Position numbers and translations under genes: made by a program
In this document: in pieces, positions 13,301 to 26,277 of the stretch
How positions within the stretch are numbered: the stretch's first letter is position 1
Layout: each line of letters opens with the position of its first letter
Origin: Tubulanus polymorphus
Lineage: Eukaryota; Animalia; Nemertea
NCBI RefSeq assembly: GCF_964204645.1
Contig: NC_134026.1
Span: 14,914,150 to 14,978,149, forward strand
Reading direction: 5' to 3'
Length of the DNA: 64,000 nucleotides
The notes under the pieces: generated by a model
The model's input: the letters and a program-made list of their open reading frames with translations, nothing else
Told to the model about the DNA's origin: nothing
Database searches by the model: none

Positions 13301-15585
13301 AGCTCAGAATCAGTTTTCAAACTACGTATAACACCAGGTATTTCATCAGTTGCAGTTTGAAAAAGTGAAATGCTGGTACCATGGAAAGATCCTTCTGATG
13401 TGTTACTGCTTGGATTGTGGTCGACATTGTCATAGGCAGCTAAAGTGAATAATCCAGCTTTAAGAGTTACTGGACAAACACAGTTTTCAGCTTGATACTG
13501 TCTTGTTAGAACTTCACATAGTGCAGATGAGATTTCAAGCACACGTATATAACTGATTGATAAGCCCAATGAATGGATGTTTTCAATCAATGATTTATTT
13601 CTTGTTTTTCCATGAACTGCCATACCTAAGTAACCCGGCAATGGTGTTTCCATATTCTTCTGATGTCGAGTTATTCCACTCCGTGGTTTTTGTGGGTGCA
13701 TATTGAACATTATCAATTGTGAAATAGTGAGAGCTGCTTGTGGAGACTCTTCAACGGGCAAACTATGACCATACAATATTAGGTTTACTAATGCAGCAAG
13801 CAATGGTAGTACTGACTTTGCTTGTGCATCTGTTGAGAATGATCCATTAAATCCTTGGATTAATTAATCCATTAAATCATTGAATATCGATTTCTCCGTA
13901 GTTTTTTTTTTTAATTTAGAACAGCTTGGGCTTCCTTGTCTGGATTATCCGCTAAGCAGGCTGTGTGAACTGCGTTTCCTACGTGCGACTTTGGCAAAAG
14001 CAGATATTCCCTACCAGATTTCTGTGATTCTAGTAGAGGGAAATCAAATTCTAAACGATTCTGCAATCGAGTTGTGTGCACGTCTGGCACTTCCAGCAAA
14101 TGAGAGTCATTCATTCCACATATGATACCATTTAATCGTTTTTCTAATCTTTGGTCAGCTCACTCATTTTAAAAACTGGAATTTCAGTTGACGTCTGCAG
14201 CACATCTGTAATATCACTAACTAGTTCAGCATAGGCAATTGACTCACACAATTCCGACGAATCTGTTTTTACACATTCCCATTTAACAATTCTCGACATA
14301 TTATGCAATTCAGTTAAACAATTTTTGTGATATTTTGCCTCTAGAGCGATCATGTCACCAGCACTCAGCTTCGCAATTAATTCTTTATTTCCTTGCTCAA
14401 CTGCCCATCTACGGACTTTTGAATCTAACTGCATCGAAGAAGCGTGACATAGGTCAGTTCCCTCTTTATCGCAGAAAAAGCATATTCCTGCGCCGATTGG
14501 AATAGACATGCGGCGTGTACGTTGTGTTGGTGAACCGTTTGTCGAATCTATAGACTTTCATTGGATTTACGTTTTTGACCACAGAGTAGTTTGCTCTCTG
14601 TATATTTTAGCCGACAGTTTTTGTGCCATCGAGCCCGCTTGTTAAGGAGGATGGTTCCAGTGATGTCATTTGTTAATACATTTTGAAGGTAGCGTGGTAG
14701 TAGGTCACTCGCATTAAAAGAATGAAGCATTTGAAGTAGTCATACGTGTCAACTCTTTTGTTGATATCATTACCATTAGCTGGACAGCGTAATTCTGAAA
14801 CATTGAAAACCTCACATAAATTCCTGAAATTATTGCAAATCTAATGAATAATGAATATTCTGGAATTTTATTGGAATGCATATTTCTACAGTCAACCCTC
14901 AATATAGCGACCATACGGTGATTTAGGATATTGACGGTATACAGATTGGTGGTCCGAATGCAATCTAATACATTTTTAGAGGACATAAAACTGATACAGA
15001 AGGTCAAATAAATGCATTCTTTACACTTCTGCCAGGCAGCGAGGCTAATCTCATTATATAATAATTCTAAGGCTGAATCGGGAAGTCACGCAACTTTCCA
15101 GGAGCGTGTCGTCACATACTTTGAATTGATGAGGGGTAGAGATCCAAAAATTTACAAATCTATTCTTGCCCATAGTCTTTGTGGAACTTCCTATGGAGTA
15201 AAGACAATTCATAATGCAAGTATGTCATACATGTATATCATTTGGGTATTATAGAGATATAAGGGACCAACTCTCATCATTTCAATAGAAATGACAAAAA
15301 AATCATTTTAAAAACTTTGTTGTGACTAAAAGGATTGTTTTTTTTTCACACGTAAGGCGGAGGTGGCGGTTTATCGTGGAAGGCGGTATATTGGGGGTTG
15401 AGAGTTATTTTACATTCATATACATTTTTCTCAGGATAGAATTAGAGATATTTGAATTGATCTTAAATACCTCCCAGGTCTTTTCCAGAGTCTTGACACA
15501 GGTAACACAATGACCAGTCTATAGGGGATGGGATGTTCTGTCGTTCAGCTGAAACAACTTTAAAAACCTTGACTTGGCTTGTCAT
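10339..15585 (-). pseudogene. Academ transposase-XPG nuclease-Cys-rich protein, frameshifted, with a predicted intron at 14795-15470
   Basis: IDWSLCYLCQ...|ELRCPAN joined across GT-AG; DMIALEAKYHKNC; YDNVDHN...FHGT; DHPNYSRW; DQAHEQNN; XPG-like HEEADTR, TVDTDV, SGCDTVS..GRGKK; C-terminal CRC..GC...CSCRK...CT.LC.C. Confidence 0.85.
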
Positions 15586-16351
15586 TTCACCTGAAATTAT
15601 GATATTATTGTGAAAGTCAATTACAACAGTCAATTCACTAATCAATCAGACTGGCTAAGGTAATAGCATTTATGATTTACATAAATTATCCGTGTAGGCC
15701 TATATGAAGTAGACGATCATTAGAATATAACGTTACTCACATGAAATTGTGATTAATGTGTGTTTAATATTATTTATTCAGTAGCTTTGACATTTCATGC
15801 AGCCATTTTCAAATACAAACATTATAAAATCGTTACATAGATACTCGGCAACAAGTTGCCAAGGAACACATATATCCAACAAACAATTGAAATGTGAAAA
15901 TCATTCAAAATGTGTCTAGAAACATGAATTGGATGGTATTTACCGCTACCTGAATGGTTTAAAAACATATTAACACCAAGATTGTGGAAATGTGATAATT
16001 ATTATTTCTTCAAAAATGGCCACCATCTTGAAAAATGGCTGCTACAGGTTTCGAGTCTGAAAAACCAATATTTGATTTTAATGTTGTCAAAAACATATGA
16101 ATAGACACTAAGATGACTGAAATCGGTAATTTATACCGTATTTTAGCATATGCACTTGGACAAATGGCCGCCATTTTTAGAAATGGCGGCCATCTTTAAA
16201 ATAGGGCCCGGATGAGTGGGCACCCCTTCTGAAATTGAAGCCATATATGTTACCATCAAACCCTGAAAATTTCATAAAATCCTCACAATGTGCAGTATTA
16301 TTCTGAAATCTGGAGCCAGATCTGGGAGCCAGGGATCTGGGAGCCAGACTA

Positions 16352-16700
16352 GAAGCACTGGATGAACTTGCCCCACTACAGACGAAAACGATAAGTCATC
16401 GTCCTAGGGCACCGTGGTATGATGATGACCTAGCTAATCGGAGAACTAAACTTTGGGCCCTAGAAAAGAAGTGGCTGAAGTCCAAACTTGAAATCGACCG
16501 GCAGACTTTTGTCTTGGAACGAACAGACTATTCCGTTCATATCGATCGTGTTAAATGCGAATATCATCGTCAACGTATTCAACAAGCAGATGATAAACAG
16601 CTTTTTAAAGTGATAGATGACCTCGTCAGCCAAAAACAGAATAGTGCCAGAGTTTCAACTACTGATCTCCGAGATGGCCCTGAGGGTTTTCTGTATTTTT
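16352..16700 (+). pseudogene. CR1/L2 LINE ORF2 continuation after the Academ
   Basis: EALDELAPLQTKTISHRPRAPWYDDDL...LEKKW...LFKVIDDL, in frame with ...YSVGQE before 9260. Confidence 0.85.
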
Positions 16701-18384
16701 TAGCAATAATTGAGCAGAAAACTTTTCTTTTAAGGCAATATTTTAATTGACTGTTCTAATGTATTTTTATAGCCTTGTAAAATACGAACATACGGTAAAT
16801 TCATTTTTCATACACACAATGTGATATTTTGACTGATTTTAAGTGTACTATATGGCTATGAAGGATCCAGTGCTAGCCAGCTGGCTGTACATGGAACTAA
16901 GGCACTGGACCCTGTATACTATTCCAGTGCGGGAAATGCAAATTTTAGTTTTCCAGAAATTATAATTTCAAGTTGTTTATTGATTGATTTTATCGTTTAC
17001 AGAGGGGTGTTGAATATCGAACTTTCAAGAACTGTCAAGTGTTTCACCAAGTGTGCATGGTTCCATATAGGAACCCTATTACTAATCCAACAAAATCCTA
17101 ACTTTTTGATATTTTATTTTCATTTCAGTACTGTGATAGCAAGCAACTTATTGTTAGTTGATGAAATAATGAGGGCTGGAATGACATCACTTAAAGGATA
17201 GTTAATCTCTGTCAAGAAAAAAGCCGGCTGATCAATATTGCGATTTATGTTTTAAGGAGATTTAGATATGTTCTTTTCTCACATATTTTCCATTCCATGC
17301 AAAAGAATCTAAGACTTGGTTTAGGCCTCTAATTCTCAAGTACTACAATTCCAAATACTTCAGTTGACTTTTACCATGATTCCCATTCAAGTGGGAAAAC
17401 GGGAAAAGTAGTGTGTTTTGATATTTGAATTACCTGTCTTAAAAATTATATAATTTGGGGAATTCTCTTTTTTGTTGGTAAAGATTTATTTTTCTGAATG
17501 AAATGAAATCTACCAATTGAATAAACAACGGGGTCAATCCCTATCTAAACATCAAGATTAAATCGATTTTCTATAGAAACTGTCACTTAGCATTGTACAT
17601 ATTATTCGCAATAAACATCAGAGCATGCATATGCAGTACTAGATACATATATTTCAATTCACATGAATTTTATTTGTATGCTTAAATCAGCTGATCATTG
17701 ATGTATGTACGATTGAAAGGCTCTGACTTGAATAAACTTATTCAACTAAAATAGCGTCTAGTTATGAATGCGTGATTTGATTCTCTTTCCATTCCATACA
17801 ACGCAACACGACACGATGAACTGTAAGATATAAATTTGAACCTCTACTAAGTATTGTAGATGCATCAATCTAACTAAATGAAACTTCTATAAAGAATATT
17901 TAATAATGAAATAATAACACGGTTCGTAGCGGGTCCTACAAGTGCTGTACAAGTGCTTATTTTGAAAAATAAATTGTATATAAGTTTTATTTATAAGTGC
18001 TTATTTTTTAATAAAATCTATTCGAAGTGCTTATATTTTGTGATTTTGGTAGGCTGGAAATATTTTGTAATTCTGCCGGTCTGTTTAGAATAGTTCGCCG
18101 AAGTATGTATGTGCTTCACACACTCGTCACTCAGACTGCTGCTGTGTGGTTATCGATCTTATATTATTCACTACTGGTATATCGCTAGCTACGCGAAAAA
18201 CGCGCCGAGATATGTGATCTAGTTAAGGTTTTCCAAGTAACTGCGTTCCAACTAATAGCTTGCCATTCATTCAAGCAACTGCAGCAATTTAAGAATAAAA
18301 TATGCCATGTGCTAGGGAGTCACGGGGAAAACCCATTCCCATGTATATCATCAAAGTTGAATATGCTTGTTACAGTGGTGTTGT

Positions 18385-19055
<671 letters not shown>

Positions 19056-19094
19056 GCCATAACGGGTTTTCTGCACAGTCTTAGAATCCTGTTC

Positions 19095-20505
19095 AACGGT
19101 GGATTTCGACAAAGCATTTGATAAGGCACAACATCAGCCATTACTAACTAAACAGGCTATTAGGAAACAGTATCAATGATAGGTCGCCCAAATGGCTTAG
19201 CAGTTATCTCTGAACGAAAACTTGTAGTGGAAATCAACGGAACGCCTCCTTTTGGAATAAGTCGGTCTTACTAGTGGAGTCACGCAAGGTAGTATCCTAA
19301 GTCGTCTTCTGTTTAATGTCCTGACAAATGACATACACAGTAATCCAAAATATACCAGACCAAGTAAATTTCCAAAACGAACTTAATGTTCCGACAAGAA
19401 AATCGTGTTCGAGTGAAAACAATTCAGTTTGGTTGAACAATACGCTTTTTTTGAACGAAAACTTTCTTCATTCTGACAAAAAAATGTTTTCGAATAAAAA
19501 GCTATGTTATTGTTGAAATTAAAAACTTTTTGTCCCGGCAAAAAAATTTGGTTGAGCGAAAACAATTTTTTAGAACGAATGTTGTGAATGAAAACAATTC
19601 TGTTCGATTGAACGAAATACTTAATACTTTTGGTTCGGAGAAAAAACTTTTTACAATATACTTGTTCGAACGAAAAACTTAATGTTCTGACAAGAAAATT
19701 CTGTTCAAATTAAAACGATTCTGTTCGATCGAACGAAAAACCTTTCGTTTGGAAAAGAAAAGTTTGTTCTAACAATTTTTCAAATTGGTTCAATCGAAAA
19801 GAATATTATTGGTTGGAACGAAATAAATTTTGTTCCGACGAAAGAATTTTCAAGTGAAAGGTCTTTTGAACGAAAAAAAAGATATTTCTGGGGCTCCGCA
19901 GTAACTTAAAGCCGGACGTAGGTTGGCCTTGTGACGCGATGCGATCCTCGCCTTGCATCGCAAGTTTCGGTGCAATTCGGTGCGATACGATTGTGTGCAA
20001 CAAGTTTCTGCCAGTCGCAAGAGCGCGTAGGTCGGTTGTGATAGTCGTGTAGCGTCGCAGAAAGTAGAACGCTTGTGACTCCTTGTGACTGGCGTTGCTG
20101 ACAGTCGCAACGCGTCGCAAGGAGCGTAGGTCGATGAGTCGTTGTGACACAATCGTCGCTGGCGGTCGCAGTGAATAGCGTCGCAGTGAGTCACAAGCCG
20201 TTGCAAAGCCGACCTACGCCCGCCTTAACTCATTAGCAATTAATTTATGATGAAAAAACTCAAATGAAAAGTTTGGCTAATAAAGCTGTCTGCTCAGACG
20301 AAATTTTCAAAAAAAAATCTTCATTTTTGCCAATAAAATAGATAATTGTGATTGATCGTTGCAAGTCAGAACCAGTTAATCACTAATTAACATGCATTTT
20401 AATAAATCTGGTTCCTCCTATACAGTGAACTTAGCTTTAACCTAGTAGAGGCTACTAGCCTATGTATATGCGTAGGCCTAACATCCGGACTGATTTGTCG
20501 TAGGC
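19095..20505 (+). repeat. Diverged duplicate of about 2290-4030 (CR1 RT fragment, TTCGAA repeat, Harbinger MITE at 19910-20225, flank), with an internal deletion
   Basis: Colinear similarity including the same MITE at the same TAA site and the same downstream flank (...taggcctaacatccggac). Confidence 0.9.
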
Positions 20506-20607
20506 CTATCGAATAACAACCCTCCTAAATATCTTAAATTTTGTTTTGAAGTTCAATCCAATGAGTCCGTTAATAACCGCAACATTTATACTGTGTTTGT
20601 TTGAGAC

Positions 20608-20900
20608 AGTAGTAATAGGGATAATGAGGGTTCATACCAAAGGTCGAACGGTCGAGATCATAAAAAATGAAAAAATAAATTCTCGCACACTCGAATTTAT
20701 TTTTCGCCCGCCCCTTCGACCTTTGATATGAACCCCCATTATCCCTATTACTCTTAAAATATTCATATATATGAATAACATATAAATGAATAACTTCTAA
20801 AATCAATTTTAATAAAAAATTTGATATTAAAATGGAAGCAAATAAGAAGTACTACTGTTCAACATGAAAAATCAATATAATATAATACATGACTCTTGAT
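20608..20900 (+). mobile_element. Polinton relic: AGTAGT terminus, hairpin and first codons of pPolB
   Basis: AGTAGTAATAGGG start, palindrome to 20753, then ATG GAA GCA AAT AAG (AAG) TAC TAC TGT at 20832 as in pPolB at 38803. Confidence 0.85.
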
Positions 20901-21589
20901 TTTTTACAAAAACACCTGTTGCTATAGTTGCCATAGTGACACACAGCGCCTGTTGAGTATGTATTGCGACATTATGAGTCATACCTCTGATATTTACTGT
21001 TGCGCAAGTATGTATTACACATACTGGATCGCCGCTCTCTTACTGAACAGACGGCATATACATAACACTTAGGATTTATCTATCGAAACACAATTCGGAG
21101 TTAAGGTTTATAGTTCTAAATGTAAGTACTGTTTTTTGTAGTTATTATGAAGTAGGGAAAGGGGGCTACTAAATATGAAACCTTTAAATATATTTAAGTG
21201 TATTTAGTATATCTTTTAGATAATTAGAGTTACCACTAATATCTGTTAGATTAATAAAATGTCACACGCATCAAGAAGCGATAGAGAAACTCAAGATAAT
21301 CATTCTGAGGAATCGACAGCAATGGATATCGAACCAATAGAAATTGGCGTAGAAGCACAAGAAACACAAAAGATCGACGAAGAAACTATATAAGAATTTC
21401 AAAAAGATTTAGACTACTCCAAAAATTCCAATGATTAAGTTTAACATTTGTTGATGTAGTTAAATATTTACCGGCAATTGAAAAAATGTTTGTAATTATA
21501 AATTCTTATATATATAAATCAAATGATGTATTGGATGAAACGACCGAACATACTTGTATATGTATTGTGTAAATCTGTAGGCGCAACTC

Positions 21590-21920
21590 GGTGAATATTC
21601 TATGTTCGGTCATTTCAATTATGATTAGCGCATGCGCATTGATCAAAAGCGCGCCTGTAAGCGCACTTTTGCCCAGTGCGCATGCGTTTCAATATTTTAT
21701 GTTCGGTCGTTTCAATTTTACAGAATAAATATATAATTATGGTTAGCGCATGCGCATTGATCAAAAGCACCTGTATGCGCGCTTTTGCCCAGTGCGCATG
21801 CGTTTGAATTTTCTATGTTCGGTCAATTCAATTTTACAGAATAAATATATAATTATGATTTGCGCATGCGCATTGATCAAAAGCGCGCCTGTCAGCACGC
21901 TTTTGCCCAGTGTGCATGTG
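21590..21920. repeat. About 3 tandem units of ~100-120 bp containing GCGCATGCGCA palindromes
   Basis: gcgcatgcgcattgatcaaaagc...ttttgcccagtg recurs at about 21628, 21746 and 21862. Confidence 0.9.
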
Positions 21921-22178
21921 GCACGGATATTGTAACTGGTATGATTTAAGGCCCATCTACACGGAGGCACTAAAAAGCCGGCTCCGTTGGAACCGGCTTT
22001 TTTGGGGTCGGTATTTTGAATAGCGCGCGTCTACACGAAGGCTTCTCGAGTGCTGGGGAAGCGAGGTTTTCGGTTACACAAACATAGAGCGGGGTTTTCG
22101 GTTACAGAAACATTGTGGCGCAGGGTTCCGTACTTCGATTCAACATTTAAGAATTTCTCAACCGAGTTGTGATAAAAT

Positions 22179-23945
22179 ATGGAGCTTATGTCACTTTGTA
22201 TGTGGATGCTGTTCCTACAGGTTTTACATAATCGACAACGTAGGCAGGCTTATCGACTAAGGACTTTGAAAAAACGGAAGAGACGTATTATTCAATTCAG
22301 AAGACGGCAACTGCAGCAACGACAAGAAGTTATTAACTTTTTCATGATGAAATTTGACCAAGCTGACCTAAGGAAAGGGCGAATTTGGAGTTTTCCTAAG
22401 AGTTCTGATCTGTGGGATAATATAATGGCCTATTGGACAGATGAACGTTGGTTAGAGAACTTTAGAATGACAAGAAATACATTTCAGGTAGGCCTTGCCT
22501 GAGGATCATAAAGATGTAAGAAAGCAATCTCAATCTCAATAGCTGAATACAGTGGCGACGGAACCGCCGCGGCAGTTTTTTCCCTAATAACCATTTTCTT
22601 TTAACATCGAATTTACTTTGGCCTCATCATAGACATATTTATTCCTTACAAATAAAAACAACTGTTCCAGATACTCGAAAAATGCTTCAAATTTTCTAAA
22701 TTTTCTTGGGGGAGGACCCCCAAACCTCCCTCATGGGCATTCGCACCTTCGGTGCTCGCTCGTCGGGTTAAGAGGCATTGTTTCTGATGAAGTATGTAAA
22801 TTTGTCTTTAGCACCCCCCGAAGTATATGTTTACACCCCCTCCCCCCAAAAAAGCGTACATACTATTTGGACACTCCCATACCTTGCTGTCAAAGTGACG
22901 CATAGGTGCAGAAAATTGCTCAAATATGAAGATAGATTTATTGCCTTATTTTTCAATATCACTAAAAGTAACTAATCCTTATATTTTACAGTATATCTGC
23001 CAGAGTCTGTCAGGAAAACTACAGAAGATGAATACCACTATGAGGGAGCCTTTATCAGTTGAAAAGCGAGTAGCTATAACTATCTGGAGACTGGCAACTG
23101 GTGCCGATTACCGAACAATTTGTTACATTTTCGGTGTAGGTCGGAGTACAGTGGGCGGTGTTGTTCTTGAAGTGACTGAAGCAATTGCAACCATTCTTGG
23201 TCATGAGTGGGTAAAAATCCCAACGGGTGATGACTTATTGGAAAACGTTCAAACGTTTGAAGGAGTTATGGGTTTTCCCCAGTGTTTTGGAGCTATCGAT
23301 GGTACCCATATACCAATAATCGCGCCAACTGATACTCCAAAAGATTATTATAATCGCAAGGGATATTTTAGTCTAAACGTGCAAGCTTTGGTTGACAGCA
23401 GTTACAGGTTCATTGATGTTGTTATCGGATGGCCAGGCAGTGTACATGATGCCAGAATCCTTGGTAACTGTACATTGTATGACAACGCAGAACGTTGCAC
23501 TCTTGTTCCGAATACAAAACGACGCATAAATGGCATTGATATTCCTCTAATGATCTTAGGTGACCCTGCTTATCCATTACTTCCATGGCTTATGAAGCCC
23601 TATTCAGATAACGGATTATTAACAAAATCTCAACATAACTTTAACTACCGTCTTAGTCGTGCTAGAATGGTTGTGGAAAATGCATTTGGCAGGCTAAAAG
23701 GCAGGTGGCGCATTCTCTCGAAACGTCTGGATAATAAACTTGAATATGTTCCGAATGTTATTTTGTCATGTTGTGTTCTTCACAACATCTGTGAAACCTA
23801 TAAAGAGTTATTCGACCAGCAATTGCAAGAAAATTTGGTGGAAATGCGTGAAGAGCCTGTGGCTAGAGTTTGCAATACAAATGTTGAAGAAGCTGGTGAT
23901 ATTCGTCGAGCTCTAGAAAATTATTTTTATTTCCGGGGTAATTAA
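22179..23945 (+). CDS. Harbinger (HARBI1-like) DDE transposase, 2 exons (22179-22487, 22992-23945), about 420 aa, apparently intact
   Basis: GT at 22488 and ttttacAG at 22991 give FRMTRNTFQ|YICQSL; motifs GAIDGTH, GWPGSVHDA, LGDPAYPL, RMVVENAFGRLKGRW, CCVLHN. Confidence 0.92.
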
Positions 23946-24520
23946 CTCTGGGTACATGAGCTATTTTAATGCAAGAATTTAAGTTGAAGTTAGTTGCAAG
24001 AATTTAAGTTGAAGTTAGTTGTCCATCGTGCATTTTGTCTAGTTGTAGTTATAGTTTGATATAAAAGTGACAGCTCCTTAATTGCAATTTGAAATCTGCT
24101 TTAACTAATTAACAGTTTTTGTGCTCTTAATCGGACACGGTAGGCTGGTATTGTGTGTTATGATATAGAAATTGAATAGTTTGTGATGCACACGCCTACA
24201 AAAAATAATGAAAATTGAAATTTGTTTTTTTATACAATGTAGTTTTTGTAATTTTTATACTAATGGCTAATCAAACGTGTTAATTACTGGATGATCAATG
24301 ATTTCTTAGCCAATCGAATTTGGCTAATGTTTTTATTACTGAGAGAGTTTTAGGATTTCAAAAGCGTTGTTTCGTATATAGATGAAAAATGATTACAGTA
24401 TTATTGTTTTAAGTTGTGTAATGGAATCAAAATTGGATTAATTTCAAATAAAGCTGGTGACTAGAATAAAATTATTACAAAGCCTACAGAGAATTGACGC
24501 ACCAGAAGATATACTCTGGT

Positions 24521-25061
24521 CAGGCCTGTACATAGAGGGGGTTCGGACAAACCCCCCTTTTGTGGTGCCCTTTTTCGAATTTTTGACGTCCGAAAATGTT
24601 CTCAAATTTTTTCTCAGGAATTTCATCTCCAAAGAAAAAAGGGCACATGTCGTCCCTATCAATCACAAAAGTAGAAAAGAGCATGCACATTTTTACAAGA
24701 CAAGGAGATAGTTTTCAACAAAAAGGTTTCCATGTTTATTCCCTGGAAACTACATCTCAATGCAGTAAATTTCCTACAAAGCAATTTGCATCAGGACTTC
24801 ATTTGTTGCTTGGAAATTGAACCATAAAGCAGTAATTTTTCTGGGGGAGGACCCACTCATAAATGCCCTTCTTTTATAAGTTGTGTTACAGTAGTCCCTG
24901 GATCCACCCATTGCAGGAAATTGATCTAAAAACAGGTAAAATATCAAAATTTTCTCACCTGGTCCGGGTACCGCCACACCATATTGGATGCCTTTTTTGG
25001 TGACATTGCCCTTCCCCCCCCCCAAGTAGAACCCCCTAAAATAATCCTGTCTACGGGCCTG
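24521..25061. mobile_element. hAT-like MITE with 5-bp TSD inside the Harbinger
   Basis: CAGGCCTGTA ... TACGGGCCTG termini; CTGGT at 24516-24520 and 25062-25066. Confidence 0.75.
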
Positions 25062-25690
25062 CTGGTATCCAGTTGGGATATAGAGATGAACCATTCGAGT
25101 ATCCCCTGGGTCCTTGGACACTGCCTATTTATAGCGCAAAAATCCTGATGGGTTACTTCAGAGGAATAAGCCAGAAAAATTTGTGTAGGCAGTCGGATCT
25201 CTTTGGGCCGAAGGCTCACCAACCCAAAAAGTCAGGTTTTGAAAAAGTCACAAATATAGGAAAAACAACATAATTTGATAAAAAACTTTTTTTTCAAATC
25301 ATCTTTGTTACATTACAAAAGATACATTATCAAACAGATACCTGAATGAATACAATTTTTTTTAAAATTTTCCAGCAGATAGGAACCTAAACTAGAGGTC
25401 CATGGACCTCTTGCCCCATTGAGAGTGTAAGACCCATGAATATTGCAATTAGGAAATTAACTGATTTCTACAGTGGTTTACTAGCAGTCTATTTTTGCAA
25501 CTGCGAAATACAGGTGTGCAAGAAAAAAAAACTTTCAAAGCAGCAACATAAAATTTCAAGTTTCTTTACTAATAATAATAATTCTAATACTTTTTTTGGT
25601 TTGATTGCCATGATAAAATTCATTTAAAAAGTAACATTAATACGCCTAAACTGAACTACTTCGACTTTTATTGCTAAACTAACTAATTCC

Positions 25691-26262
25691 ATATGAGTAA
25701 AATCCCACAATAAATGAATTAAATGTTTATTTAAAACATATAAGAAATATTTCGGGTGGTTACTACCACCCTTCTTCAGTCTAAAATGACTTGCCAAATA
25801 TACACACAGTATTAATGAAATAGGACGCGAATCGCTGCACATTACGTTATGGGGACTAGAGCACTGACATATCTTGAAAGAAGTTTATTATGGGGGCTGA
25901 AACCATTATTAAAGAATGATCGGAATGAGTGTTAAATCAAAGCAGATTCAACTATATGTCGTTTAGTGCGACTATTGTTGGGAAAAATAATATTGGCTCC
26001 AGAAAAATCAAAATTATGTCCGGTAACCAAAGAATGAGAGACTACGCCACTTTCTAATTTAACCCCATTGAATACAACCCGTTTCCCCACCTATTTCATG
26101 TATTAATACTGTGTGTGTATTTGGCAAGTCATTTTAGACTGAAGAAGGGTGGTAGTAACCACCCGAAATATTTCTCATATGTTTTAAATAAACATTTTAT
26201 CATTTAATCCATTTATTGTGGGATTTTACTCATATCGTTTTATCACGGATATTGTGATCTCC
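25691..26262 (-). mobile_element. 5'-truncated Penelope-like retroelement: GIY-YIG C-terminal fragment between inverted pLTRs
   Basis: Inverted repeat 25691-25824 / 26090-26235; minus-strand middle reads SGVVSHSLVTGHNFDFSGANII...RHIVESALI...NNGF; each arm has CTGAAGA-stem-GAAA. Confidence 0.8.
26139..26174 (+). ncRNA. Minimal hammerhead-ribozyme-like motif (mirror copy at 25744-25779, minus)
   Basis: CTGAAGA A GGGTGGT agta ACCACCC GAAA TATTTC: core boxes and a perfect stem II; stem I pairing is weak. Confidence 0.55.
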
Positions 26263-26277
26263 AATTGATTCATTTAA

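Larger units (their letters stand above)
9260..16351 (-). mobile_element. Complete Academ (AcademX, XPG-nuclease type) DNA transposon
   Basis: Ends TAGTCTAGCTCCCA ... GGGAGCCAGACTA; TIR of about 370 bp (left TIR interrupted by a HINE); 3-bp TSD GAA at 9257-9259 and 16352-16354. Confidence 0.88.

Noticed and set aside
17918-18040. Possible DNA-transposon end (cacggttcgta...aagtgctta repeats); similar lone end near 5132
   Set aside because: No partner TIR or TSD found, so it cannot be delimited
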